Positions 20,705 through 34,199 of a stretch of 36,474 bases of DNA are shown in pieces (position 1 is the stretch's first letter; each line of letters starts with the position of its first letter). The notes below the pieces were generated by a model. It was not told the DNA's origin. It did no database searches and saw nothing but the letters and a program-made list of their open reading frames with translations. The DNA lies in NCBI GenBank assembly GCA_013115125.1, contig JABANN010000349.1, positions 1 to 36,474 on the forward strand, given 5' to 3'. The position numbers and the translations under genes are program-made. The DNA is from Perkinsus olseni (lineage: Eukaryota).

Positions 20705-23700
20705 ATGTTAATACCGCCTCGTCTGGTCTGCCTGTCATTGTTGTTGGGGCTGATGGGCGGCCGTCATGCCCTACGACGGCGGCAGAAGGAGCCAGTTTTG
20801 GAGTGAGTTCTTTGCCAGCGGGATCGACAAAGCGCTGGAAATCCCCCTGAAATATTTCTTTCGACAGGTTGCTGAACCCGTCGGAGGATCCTGGAGGGAC
20901 TTCGCTTCTCGAGCTCACTTCGGGGCATAGAATTCTCCCTGCCCTGGCGATTCCTCTGATCTCTGCGGCTCTCCCGGCAGTTGCGGGCGGTGGTTTGGGC
21001 CTTTTCGGCCTCGGTAAGTTCACACACAAGAAGATCATGGACTCCAAAATGAAGGCCTTTGCGTAAGCTCGGGTGCATCACTGTAGTACAATGGGAACGG
21101 CTTCTCTCGTGCCAGGAAAAAAGACTGCGAGGCGATATTCAACGGAACGATACCTAACTTGGACGATAAGAAGCACGAGCGCACGAGGGTCAACTGCGGT
21201 TTGTATATATTTAGCGAGCTGGTAAAGCTCACTAAGGACGCTACGACGGAGGGGAGGTTTGTCAACGAATCGTCAAAGAAGTGATGATACCACTCCATCA
21301 GCAACTCGTGTATGACTGTAGCAGTTACACTATGGGATGGGAGGCCTTGAGACCGCTGGAGGCGGTGGTGGAAGCTTTGGATCCAATCGTGGACGCGGAG
21401 AAAAAGTGAGATTCTCTAACCCATTCCGAAGAAGGGCCACGCTAAAGCGGCGCGGCATCCATTCACCATCTCTTTCACTAGCTGTGGACGCTGTTCGGCC
21501 AGCAGCAATCCATCTGTTTTCGGAAGTAGCAGGAAAGGCGGTGGATGGTTTTGCTGACAGGCACAATGGTTTGCGTAAACGGCGACGAGATTTAGGGCAA
21601 GCGCTCAAGACACTTCGAGAAAAGCTGGTAAGTTCCTGGCCTTTGCGACCCTGAGAGATTTCGAGTCCTCTGTCAGGAGTCCCGATTCGGATCCTCGTTT
21701 GACAGGCTGTCTCGGCTGGAGCGGTAAGACGGAGGGCTTTTCGCTGCTGCTCTTCACAGTTGCCTTCCTCAGGAATATTCACGATGCGCTTCTGGAGGAC
21801 AAACGAGCGGAGTCTAAGTTGGCGAGGGAGGTAGCATTCTTTTCATCTCGGGCATCAGTACGAACCGGCCGCGGTCAGACCGCGAGGGAGTTCAAGAGCA
21901 ACGTGGAGAGAGGCGCTGGGAAGATGCTCGCGAATACGTACACTGAGGACGCTGAGACTGAGGCGGTGAGCGATGCGGTGTCGCCTTCCCGAGTCGGTAT
22001 CTCGGCGGTTAGGCATTGAAGAAGACGACGAGGGGCGTGGGGATCCAGCAGAGGAATCTGCTGAGAATGGCCGACAAAGGAAACCGTGGCATGGCAAAGG
22101 ATGAGAAGAAGGTGGTGTCTCCAGCTGGAAGGCCGGAGGGCATCTTCTACTGTAGTTTCAAGACATGGACGCTGAGCTTCATCGGCGGCTGGTGAGTGAT
22201 GAGGCAGAGGCAGCGGATATTCTCGATGGCAATGGGCGTCGCAGTACGCAGTTGAGACAGTAAGGACTGGTTTGATGGACTCGAGGCTGGATTGCTGTTG
22301 TTATTAGAAAAATGACGGCGGACGCTGACCATCGTTTCGGACGGGTGGAGAAGGTGCTGGGGCAGGAACTACCGAGGAGTCAGCACCGAGTAGGGAGGAG
22401 GCCTAAGTCGGTGTTGTCGTTGAGTTACGTGATCAGATATACAGAGAGACGGCCGAGGCAGCCAAGCAGTTGGAGCGGGGGCTCGGTGTCTCGTCCAAGG
22501 GGCTGGCTATGTCCAGAGGAATGTTCGACAAGAAGTTGGACAGCGACTTCGGCCGGATGGACAGAAGGCTAGTCTCAGCTGGGAAGGAGTATCAGCTGGT
22601 GAGTGGAGGGGAATCCCTCGGCTCTCGCGTCCTGTGTGGTTTCGCGAATTATCGATTCGGTGATGAGTGACAGCACGGTGGTTGGCGTTGCCTTGTAGGC
22701 CTTGGATGATGCTCATAATGACTTGGGTCGTCAACTGTCCGCAGCCAAAGCTTCTTCCTCGATGGAGGCACTGCGGAGAGAGAGGAAGTCACAGGAGAGA
22801 AGCGTGCAAAAGTTGATGTAATGGTTCCCTCCGACCGGGCTGGCGTCATTGCTCTTCGTCCGCAGAAATAATTATGAGCACGACGCGGAGTCCAGCCAAA
22901 GAGATGTGGAAGCGATCAACGCGGTCATTGAAGCGGATGCCACAGCGCAAGAAAGGAGTATGAGGACAGTCCAGAGTGACCTACAGCGCCAGGTGACTAA
23001 CGAGGGAGAGTTCTCAGCGGGGGTGCTGTGGACTGGTGCGTCGTTCTGTCAGCTCTTCACGAATGTGAACCACTTGGAGTCGATTCTAGCCAACAGTGCT
23101 TCGGAGCAGGGGACGGATGCTCACCGATCGGTAAGGGCGTCGGAGGAGCCCCTGGCCTGTCTGTAGTACTTGTCCCTGTTTCAGGCTCAGCTGCTGCGGA
23201 ACGTCGTGGCTGATCATCAGATCGCTGTGGACCAGGAGAATGTGCGTGCAAGTGGGGAGCTAGGAGAGGGCCAGGCACTCGTCACGAGAACTGCCGATGA
23301 CATCGGAGGACATGTGACGGATGAGACTGCTCGGATGAAGTACGTAGTGGGAAAGGGGGTATCAGGTATCACTAACGAGCTTGTCGATCGGGCTCAACTC
23401 GGTGGCTAACCCGTCGTGCATTCGGTGCCGCGGGAAGGGTGTTGATATTCATCTTCTCTTGACCGCTCCCTCCCCCTGCCTCAGACTAAAGATAGACCGT
23501 ATATTGTGGTCGGGGAAGTCTCAGCTGAGCGATGGGAAGTCTTTCATCTCCTCTGCTGGCAGGAAGGAGTTACTCACGCAGAAGCAGATCGCCGGTGGGC
23601 CCTCATGTTTCCAGAGTCGAACCCGGCAGAGTAATTGCAGATCAATTCACGGCTGAGGAGCGCAACCTGCTCTTCATGGCGGATGCAGACCTAGAGCACC

Positions 23701-26700
23701 TTTCGAAGGAGGACAAGGCCAAGTTCCTCGCCTTAGCCGATCGACTGGAGTCCGAGTCCACTCGAATCAGCAAAGGCAAGCGACAGCATACAGCAGGCGT
23801 ACTATACACGAGATTCTGTGCAGATTTCGGTTCCCTTGGTACTGCCCTGTCGGGTTTGGATGCGGGTGCGGCCACGGCTAAGGCAGAACTCGCTGCCCTT
23901 GCCTCCGAGGAGGGGAGGTTGACGGCTAAGATGGCAGCTTTCTCTACTAGGGGTCAGAACGTGATTGCTGCTGATAAAATGTAATTACCCTGGCCTTGTG
24001 TTCGTCCCGAATGAGTGACGGCTTAGATACGGTGCCCAGCTGCTGGGTGGGCTCAAGTCGCAGACTGCACGATACGCGAGCGAGTCTGCCGGGGCCCTCG
24101 GCGCTCGCGCTCTGCAGGAGAAGAATAATGCATCAAAGAGTGTCACCGTAAGTCCTACGAGCCTTGATTTGGCTGGCTGTTATCGGTTGTGTCCTGTAGG
24201 GCTACATGTCGCTGATGGAGCGTCGGTTTGGGGCTACTCGCGGAGCGCTATTGAGGGAAGAGGCTGAAGCGAGGTCCCAATACGGCATCGAGAAGAATGA
24301 CGTTGATAAGGTAGCAAGCGCTGTGCTTGTCGCTGCCAAACGCAGGCGGCGTGAAATTCTGATGGCGAGGGTCTTCTGTGGCTTGTATGGCCCATCGCGA
24401 TAGGAGCGCTGTATTAGGGTGTGCTGGGCTGAGGCTTCGCATTTTGGCGAGAATTGGCCTCTCTCTCGGGACTTCAACAGACAGTTACCAACAGCGGATT
24501 TAAACAGACTTCGTATCTCGGCGGGCGGCTCCGTTCGACTTAAGATACCATTCCGATATGTCTCTATGACGAACCGGGAGGAGCTGCTCCTTTGCGCCTG
24601 AAATTGCTCCGTATTTTCTGTTGAGGAATGTGTTGCTCTCGGCAGGCCGAGGAGCTCGTGGCTACGCTGAAGGACGAGTCCCAACAAGACGAGATCAAGC
24701 TGAGGGATTCACTGCTGCGGCTGATAAGGAGCGACGACCAAGGCGCCGAAAACGTAACTCGTATCTTGCACGCGTCAGCCTTGCTTCAGTGATTGCTCAT
24801 CGCCGAGGTCTGTGAACTTGAATACCACTCCTTTCAGTTCATTCGAGAGATGTTGGAGGCGCAGGACGGACGACTGGTGGACGTACGCAATGTGTTGTTG
24901 AAAATGATCGGTACGGATTCCTCGGGGGTTATGAATGCCACCGAGGCTGATGTGTCCACGGTGAAGGACAAGGTTGGTGCCCGAGTGCTCTTTGCCTGTG
25001 GTGCAGCTGATCGCTCAGATGGAGCTCTTGCTGGCTAGCGAGGAAACTGAGGCGCAGAAAGATGCTCGACGGGATTCGCAGCTGATAGAAAACACCGACA
25101 AGTAGTGCGGCATCCTCGATAGCGTAGGGCACTTGGGCGTTCAGGTTGAAGGCGGTGGGAGCGGCCCATCGACGAGCCTTAGCCACGTTAAGAGATCTGG
25201 TAAAGTCCTTGACACATACGGTTGCGGTAGAGATGCATGCGAGGGAGCAGCACGTGAAGTGAGGCACAGCGGGCTTGTCCTTGTGGGAGATCTTGCGATT
25301 TTCTTCAGTCGCGAGGAGCTGACTAACGGCGTGGAGATCAGAAAGCTGAATGGGAGGTTGACGGCGGAGATACAGAAGTTGGACGATTTCTTCGCGAGAA
25401 CTCGCCGAGGGGTTTACGATGATTACCGGAGGGCGTCACAGATGCTGATGGTACGATGGCGGTCGATACAGGGTGGCGTCACTCGTCGGGGGTAGGTACT
25501 TATCAACGCCTTGAGGAAGGTCATGCGGCTCGACGTTGAGAGAGCAGTTGAGAGGCACATAGCAGCACACAAGGCTTTGGTGAGGACATACGCGTAGTGG
25601 GTGGCTGCCGCCAAGTCCCTGTTCTCTTCAGAGAGAGCAGTACGCTAGTATGAAGGCCTTGGCTAATGATTCGACTGCGACTCTAGCGGAGAAGCAGGTG
25701 GAAGCGTCAATGGTACTGCAGGAGGTGATCGCTTCATCATCGTCATCCGTTCTCTCTTTCAGCATAATGTGGATCGGACCTCGGGAGCGTCGAGTATGAT
25801 GACTCGCCTGGTGAACATGGCTAGGTGAGGCTGCTATGCTGTGGGTAGGGGAGGTGGACTATTATGGGTTCCACTATAGGGGCGTCGGCACGAGCGGCGA
25901 GAAGCTGGGCGTCGAAGCGCAGGGGGACCTGAGCGGGCTCGTGGACACTGAGGCTAGGGAGTATGAAGAAGTGGAAGATGCTCTGGTTGACGATACTAAT
26001 GGCTTCAAGTATGTGCAGTGGTCTCGGGCCCCCTTGCATGTCGAAGTTATTGTGCGTTTCAGGAGCGAGTTGAAGCTGGACAAAGCTCACTCAGATGAGG
26101 ATCTTTTGGTGAGAAATCAGCAGCTGGAGTTTAGCTGGCCACTCCCGCTGTGGTCAGGCACATAAGACAGAGGTCGCCAGAGGTGACTCGGCTATCACTG
26201 GTCGGCTGGGTGAGGGCAGCCTAGCCCTTGGAGACCAGGCATCTCGCACGGGCAACGTCCTAGGGTAAGAACGATGGTCATGCTTTTGCACTGAGTTAAC
26301 AACCCTGCTCTTCTCACGCTCCGCATGCCTAGAAACCATTCGACTGGATCGCTCAATGGTAAAGAATCTCTACTGGAGATGTCAGGCAATCATTCACTGG
26401 CTCAGGTACAATGCCCAGGCAGCAAGACGATATCAAGAGGCAGTGGAGAGCGAGGAGCACATCACCGGTGACGAGCTGAAGGCGTTGGCCCACAGAGTCA
26501 GGTAGGCCCTCTGGAGAGTCCCCGCCTGTTTTGTGACCTTCGTTGCCCAGCGCCAACGATGAGGGGCTGTTGAAGTCGATCGCCAAGTCGAGAGGAGTTG
26601 CGCTGGATCGGGCAGCGAACGTGGAGACTGCTGTGGTCGCGTTTATGGCTACCATGAACCAGTACATGGAAGAGGTGCTTCCTGAGTGAATGCTCGTGGT

Positions 26701-27326
26701 TCCGTGAGAGTGCTTCCTTAGGTGAAGCAAATGTTCAATACAATGCGGACGAGCATGGCCTCCTTGGACCCAGTAGGGGAACCTATAGCGAGTAGGCCGG
26801 TCTTCGCTTTTGGTGGAGGATGAGTTGTGTCTTTTAGACAACGCGACTGATACGTCGCAGGAGGTGATGGAGCGAGCTGGTGAAGTGTCGAGGGAAGTTA
26901 AAAAGTAAGATGCAGGGATCGAACCTGCGCCTTTTGGTAGCACAACTCTCCTTCAGCGATCTCCAAACCTCGAAGGTGATGCATAGTGCTATGCGGCACG
27001 ACCTGTCGGAGGGGCTGAAGCAAGTGCAGCATGACGCGACAATGCACCAGTACGGTCATCGTACGCCATCCCTTCAGAAGCTTTCGGTGGATCAGGTCTA
27101 CTGAGAAGGAGCTTCATCGGCAAATGCTGGCCTCGTCCAGAAAGGTAGAGGACACTCGTAGGAGTGGTAGAGAGTCTTTCGACCAGTAGGATTTCTTGTT
27201 TGCCTCGAAAAGTACCTCTCCCTCTGTAGGTGGCTTCATGCCAGAGAGCATCACTACGACTCGATCTTCGTCGGCCTTGCTAGTGAACTCAACAGCAATG
27301 GGGATGAAGATGATGCGTTTGATTAG
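20705..27326 (+). CDS. Giant multi-intron secreted alpha-helical/coiled-coil protein, paralog A
   Basis: ATG 20705 gives signal-peptide-like MLIPPRLVCLSLLLGLMGGRHA. Introns 20803-20867 and 21063-21115 keep the frame. Many short Ala/Glu/Ser/Leu-rich exon frames follow. The last intron is 27186-27229, then QWLHAREHHYDSIFVGLASELNSNGDEDDAFD* (TAG 27324-27326). Internal exons were not fully traced. Confidence 0.7.
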
Positions 27327-27751
27327 CAATGCATTTCACGAAAGTGAATGTGGACATGCGCCTCGATGGGCGTACACTAAGTTGTGCTTTATTCCGTGGG
27401 TGTTCGACTTGGTCGAGGGGAGGTTGGGTGGAGCCTGGGTACCGTCTGGGGCGGAGTTCGTTGGCCTATCATCCGCAGAAGAGCGTTACCATACGACAGA
27501 AAGACCAAAGCCTCCAGCAGGTTCCTAGCCGATATTCTCTGCGACCGATCCACCAGCGGGAAGACCATTCTTCCACTCACGTCCGTCGGTGTGAGAAGTC
27601 TTCACTGTAGAATCTAGTACTGTATATACAATGGTGTCCTTCACTTTACTGGAGTAAACACCGCAAGCGACGAAGGCGGGGTATATCTACTAGCTGTGCA
27701 GTTTGCACTCGCCAATCGTGCGCCCCCTCTCTCAGCCATTATAAACTTTTT

Positions 27752-30700
27752 ATGTTGATAGCCCCCCTATGGGGGCTACTAGCATCACTCGTCCTCGAAG
27801 CTTCGGCGCTAGCCACGGCCGATCCACCTCCTGCTGCTCCATCATTCAATGCAACTGAAACTAGGTAACCATGGTCTTCGTATCGCGCTCGAGCAAGGTC
27901 TTCTCACTCTTCAGAGGAGCTCTCTCGGAGTTAATACCGTTGGACGAGATCCCTGACCGAATCCCTGAGAACCTTCGCTTCCTCATGTGAGATCAAGGAC
28001 CCCGTTTTTCCTTGCGGAAGAGTCCTGATCCTGCCGTCCTCAGGCCACGAAATTGCACAGAAGGGGAGGCTTCCTGCCTGCCTCATAGAAAGGCGAAGGT
28101 CAACAGAATGTACAACCAGATGCTTTACCTCCTTAAGAAGTCTCAAGAGGCTTTCACGAGGTTGGTCGCGGCCCAGGAGGCACTACCGTTCGCAAGCTGG
28201 CCCTGATCCATTCAGGCTGGGCTCAATCAAGGGAACCGTCAGGCAGGAGAACCTCACGCTGGGAGGGGATGGCGGGTGGGTAGCTGCTAGAAGTGACGAG
28301 GACTGTTCAGGCCGTGTCATTCAGGAAGAAGCTCACAGCGACTCTGGAGAAGGGGGTCAATCTGCTTCAAAAATCAACTGTAGGGCTTTGCAGATTCGTG
28401 GTCCCTCTTTATTCGCTCGGTTCGCTTCAGAGAAACAGCCTTACGAAATCAGCAAGAATTATGACTGAGATTGAGAAGTAGCGTTGTCTGGGGGCTCCTC
28501 AGTGGACTGTCGCCGACTTGCGATCGGTTGTTGGAAACGAGACCCTGATTGAGTTTTTGCGAGCTCAGGAACATGGGTAGCGAGGTGAAAAGGCTGAGGG
28601 AGTGGTTCTCGGAGATCTCCCAGCGGGTGAGTTTCACATGCTTTGGCCTTGTCGTCTACCCATCGTTGTTAGGCAAGGGACGGTAACAAGGAGACGCTGC
28701 AGCAGAGCATGGAGCACATGCTTGAGGCCAGCGAGAAGATGAGGGTGAATGTTGGCAGGGCAGGGAACTCTGGGTCGTCGAGAGGTGCTGAGTGAAGCTC
28801 GGTGATTCAGGCCATTGCCGAGTCGACGGGCGAGATCACTCGGGTGCAACGACGCTTTCCTTTACGCGCTGCTAGAGTTCTCAAGCTCTCTCGCGAGGTG
28901 GCCAGCCGGGTGAGCAGGGATGACCTTCCCTGGAAGACGTTCCGCGACAGCTGAGCTCATAGTGAGGTCGAGCTTGTGTAGGCGTCGAAGGGAACGCAGG
29001 CCGCGCTGCATCGCACGGGAGTGTTGGGAGGAGCTCTAAGCCATATGGAAGAGGAAGGCATGAAGCGGCAGAGACAGGAGCTACTGTAAGGAGTCTGTCG
29101 TGCTTCGAAGGGCTCAAGCGCTGTTAAGGTACTTGCTCGATCGCACGACCAAGCAATATGGTAGGGCCGCAGCATCGCTCGCGAGCTTTAGGCAGCGGAG
29201 GTCGGGGGAGGTATGCTCCAAGAGAGCTTTTACGAGGAGCGGAAGGTGTGGTATGGACTCAGGAACTGAAGCGAATCCGGCAGAAAGCTGCGAGCTTTGT
29301 GAAGAGAGGGCGGATGCTTGATGAGGAGCTCCTTGTGAAGGGGAAAGAATTGAACATTAAGCGGCGTCTCAGGAGATCGACCAGAATCAGCGATACTCTC
29401 CTGCGAGGAGGGCTTCGGGTGAGTCTACCCCGACGCCACTGAAGGGATTGCCTAGCAATGTTCGGTGGCATACGGAATCATGATGATACCAAACGCGATT
29501 CGAGCAGTGCGGTGAATTGGTGAAAGTTTGGTAATGTATTATTCGCCAGCGCAGGCGATCGGAGCGATTTCCCTATGACAAGCCTTCTAAGCTGTGCTAG
29601 ATCCTTTTCTATACTACAGCGTAGTTGATGTGAAGAGTGGGAGACTCTTCATCGCCGCCTCGGCAATTATGAGGGGACCGCTGTCAGTCGCTCTGGCAGC
29701 CATTTCACCATCTCGCTGCCTGCCTTTGTGCTCATCTCTTTCTTCGTCAGGGCCTCGCCCGAGACGTCAGTGGTCTGAGCTCGGATCTCGACCATGTGGC
29801 GACCGAAGGGAAGAAGGGGGTATCGAGACTTGCGTCGAAGGAGAAGGAAATGATTGTCGGGAGAACCGCTACTGCGTGAGCCTCGACGGCTGCTGCAGTT
29901 GAGCTGGTCATGCGGATGGCAACAACCTCAGGACTGCCGTGGACAGCGCTATCAAGAGCCAGTTGAGCGGCTTCGAGAGCGCGGAGGCTGAGCTGAACCG
30001 TGCTGTGCGAGCGGCGGACAAGACGCTGATGGACGACATGGGCAAGGAGCTCGACGGCGTGAGGCTGCTAGTCGTGGCTCTTTCGATGAGCGTGTGGATC
30101 TGTGTAGGTGATCAAGGAGACGAGTAAGTTCGAAACTACTACAGGAGGCGTCCAGCGGCGTGCGGATGCTGAGACTAAGCACATCGTGAGCTAATGCACC
30201 GTGAGGAGGCTGCTTGGACTGGTTTCCTCAGAGGAAAGATGCGCAGCAAGCGATGCATCTCGCGGAGGAGCAAGAGCAGGAGAACCTTCTGCATGGCAAG
30301 CAGGTGGGTTCTGTTGTTGAGGCTTCTGCCTACGCGCCATGGTCTGCCTTCGAGCTCGGCTGCTCCCCTCAATCAGATGGCGGAGGCCACGGGCTCCTTG
30401 CAGGAAAGCGGCGAAAGGGACCTTCGGGGAGAGATAGGACGGAGGGTTGATGCGGCCGAGTACGCAGAAAGGGTGCTTCCTTTCGATGCTCTACTGTTCT
30501 TCTACAAAGGCACAGCATCGCTGCCATGGGTGGTCGTGTGGACGCCGCGATGAGTGTAGTGAAGCGCGGGCTAGCTGAGACTGCTGCTGGAGCTGCGAAG
30601 TCGGAAATCCAGAGTAGGAAGAGTACTTCGGGTAGTCTATCGTCTATGAGTTGCTTCGCAGACTCGCTAGGAGTGCTGGAGTCTGAGCTGAGCCAGGATA

Positions 30701-33700
30701 TAGCTCTGATGAATGACCAAATCACGGGCTCTGTCGAGAGAGGCGTTGACTCCGTGCGCGAGCGGCAAGCACATGAGAGCTCGGAGCAAAATCGCAGTAA
30801 GCTAGCAATCATCATCCAAGCTCTTTTTGATGGCAGAGCTTCTCTCCGTCGTTTGTAACATGTATCTCGCCGTTTCAGAAATGAAGAATCTACGGTCTGC
30901 AATCACCGAGGGAGCCAGCAGTTTCGCAAGGGATGCGGCATCCTTTAACCAGTTGGACGAAGCTCACAAAAACAAGCTGCAGGGGCTTGATGGCAGAGCT
31001 GCCGAGAGCCGCAGAAACATCCGGGAGATCGAGAGGTGGGGCATAGCTAGTCGCCAGCCCTCGTTCCTGACTGCTGTTGCCGTAGCGGAATCGGATCGAA
31101 GATGCTGGTACTGGCCTCCTTGCGGGACAAGGCAGGGGTTACCCACCGTCGGGAGGTGGACGCGGACTTGCGGCACCAAAGCGAGGAAGGCAAGCGGGCG
31201 ATGAAGGTAATGGCTAAGTCAGTCAGGAAAGACGGAAAGGCTATCCATATTTTCATTCGCCGCGGGAAGGCTGTCCCTTTCGATCAGCGAGAAATAAGAA
31301 CTATCTCGTCTTTTGTGATTAACATTGTCCGTTTATGGCAGGAGAGCGCCGAGAGCAGAATGAAGGAGCTCCGGGGATCGATGGAGGCCTTAGCGAGCGA
31401 GATGCGGGCTGGAAGAACAGGAGAAATGATTCTGGACAGGGAGGTCTCTAAGGTGAAAAGTCCAGTGGCCGCATCTCCTAGTCGTCTGAGTGTGACCCTA
31501 GGTTGCTCAAGATGTTGATCGAGCGAAGACAGATGGGCTGAAGCTCGCGACCGAGCTGGAAGCGCGCCTTCACAGTCTGCTGAGTCGGAGCGTCGTTAAC
31601 GATGAGGCAGTGGGCTTCGCTCTAGGCCGTCCGTTCCAGCTCTCAAATTAACCCTCAGATGCTATCCGGTCTTCAAACGCGCCGCAGGAGTCTGCTAGAG
31701 TCCACCAGATCGAGCACCGCTACTCAAGTTGCCTCTACGGTCGAAGGCGTATCGCGGATCCTGGGCAGTCGGATAACGGCGGCAGAGGACGAAGTAAGGA
31801 TCGCTCCGCTCGGTCTTCACCACCGCACTGTGGCATTCGCTGCTCACCATTCGCGCTGGGTTGGGTCTGCTTTCCTCGAAAGGAGATGCATGACCGCGGC
31901 CGTGCAACGAGTACTCTGGCTTGGGTCAGGTTCGGAGGGTTATTGATGAGAATAATCGTGAAGAAAAGCGGCATGGCGATATAGAGGCCTCCCTAAAGCT
32001 TTCGCAAAGAAGGTGGGCCCGGCTGCGAGAGACCGAGCTACGAGCTGAGCACGTCTGCTTCAAGGTTCGCTCTGATGGACGGCTCCATGCAGCGCGGGTT
32101 GGCGGAGGCCGGGGGTGTCATTCGAGACCTGAATGACTCGGTCCACCTCCACGAGGGCGGTGAACTCATTCGGTGAGTGCGAAGATGAATTTCAACTCGG
32201 CAACGAGAGCTCAGCAGGTTACAACAGAACCGGGCTGGCGACGAAGTGGCGTCGAGCCAGATGCGATTAGAGAAAGCTGTCATGGAGACCAGCGGTCAAG
32301 TCGATCAGCAGCAGAAAGCGCTGAGGAGACTAGTGGAGCTCCTGAAGACAGCGATGAAGGTGACGTTTACCGTTGCTGTCCAATGGGATGCGTTCGGGAA
32401 CCATCAGAATATGTTGGAGCACGTGAGCGGCATCGTTGAAGAGAACAGGAAGGGCAGCACCGCTTCATCAGTCGGGGTAGGCGGGGACGCTCGGCCGGGA
32501 GGCTGACACCGGAAGGGTGCTTTCAGGCTGCCCCTGCCAGAAATATCTCGGCGGAGCTCAGCCGTTCTGAGGCGGATTTTGCTGCGAGATTGGAACGCAC
32601 TACGGAGGTGAACGCACCACTGAGAAGGTCAGCTGGGAAGAGGGGCCTTCGTTCAGGGACGGGACGACAGCTACCGAAGACTCAGAAAGGGCGTCGAGGA
32701 GATCCTAGCCGCGTCCAAGTAACTTCGCCGCTGCGGTATGCTTTGGTCTTACCGAGCTCTTCTCTCAGGGACACAGAAAGATGGAGTAACAATGTTCTGG
32801 GTGACGAGCGGCAGAGACTGGAGAAGCTAGCAGCCGATAGTAGCACGGAGGTGGAGGGTCTGTCTAGTCAGCTCGAGGACGAGAAGAGCGCATACAAGTA
32901 GGGCGCTCGTGAAGTTGCAGGAGGGTATCACTGGTGTTGGCAGATCCGCGGTGGCATCGGAGCAGAAGCAGGAGGCCGAGACGATGAAGGTGAACGGCGG
33001 GAGCTCTCACTTTTATCACCACTTTGCGTGTACACAGGCCGCTGGCGGGACAGCTTCAGAGCGCGCCATGAGAATAGATGGCGAGGTCGAGAAGCTAATG
33101 AGGAGCTTGACGACGCATGCCTCACAACTGGAGGGCTTGCTCGAGTGGGGATTGGTCTGAACTTCGTTCCAACGTGTTTGTATACTTACCGCGGTCCTCA
33201 GCACAAAAGGCGCCGGTTGAAAAGGTGTCTAAGATACGAGCCCGATTCCCCTGTGGCTCAGGCGTAACGCGTTGAAGATCTCTAGCGCGAGTGAGGATGC
33301 GTCAACTCTCAACACGGGTGTGAACCGAGAGGTGGAACAAGCAGAGATGGCGATGAAGTAAACTCAGGCAGAGGAGCATTACACTACCCCGCCTTACCTT
33401 CAGTTCGCCGTGGACTCGCATGCTCGAGAACGCGCGATTGACGAGAAAACACTTCGGGCAGTTGATCAATGAGAGCGGGAATGCCCTCTTTACCATGAAG
33501 CTTCCAGTGAGCGAGGCCCTCAACGTTGAAGTGGGTCCTGTAGCTAGAGTAAACTAGCCCGGCATTTTCGCGCTTGCAGGCTACCGCTGCTCTCGAGGAC
33601 CTCACGAGGTTCCTGCACTCTAACCTCAGTGCCTCTCTGCACAACACCGGTAGGTGAGCTGTTGGGTCGTCTGTGGTCTCCTTGGGGCCCTGCAGGTTTG

Positions 33701-34148
33701 GATGGCCCTGTCTTCGATGAGACAGTGCAAGCGATCGATCGTGATTACGGCCGGTGAGCTCACAATACTATATAATCTGCAGCATTCTCATCTCGCAGGC
33801 AACGGGCGAATTTTCGACCTCTGCACGACCAGATGCGGAAGAGCGTCGTGGAACTCAACCGTCAGTCGGACATCGCCGCCCGGAGTCTCTCGTGGGTTAC
33901 CGTGCACTCCACGCCCGGCCGTACTGCATTGTGTCAGGACTAGTCGCCAGCAAGTACTGGACGAGATTGATGACGCTGCTGGGAGCTTGACAGCTTCACG
34001 AGACTCCCTAAATCATGAACTTCAACAGTGAGTCTCTGGACCCGCCACGCTATGCCTGCTCCTGGAGACCCGTAGCTGTAGGCACTGGGCGGATGGAAGT
34101 CGAGATTACACGAATGTGTTTGCCTCGTTGGCTGATGACTTGCCCTAG
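27752..34148 (+). CDS. Giant multi-intron secreted alpha-helical/coiled-coil protein, paralog B
   Basis: ATG 27752 gives signal-peptide-like MLIAPLWGLLASLVLEASALATA. Introns 27865-27914 and 27987-28043 keep the frame (GALSELIPLDEIPDRIPENLRFLMPRNCTEGEASCLPHRKAKVNRMYNQM...). Heptad-like exons occur throughout. The last intron is 34028-34081, then QHWADGSRDYTNVFASLADDLP* (TAG 34146-34148). Confidence 0.7.
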
Positions 34149-34199
34149 CATGACTAGCCACCGCCGCCGTTCACCAGATTTAGCCGATGAAGGGTTGCG

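Noticed and set aside
20631-33650. Numerous minus-strand ORFs across the two giant genes
   Set aside because: They are Ser/Leu-rich antisense shadows of Glu/Ala/Lys-rich + strand exons.
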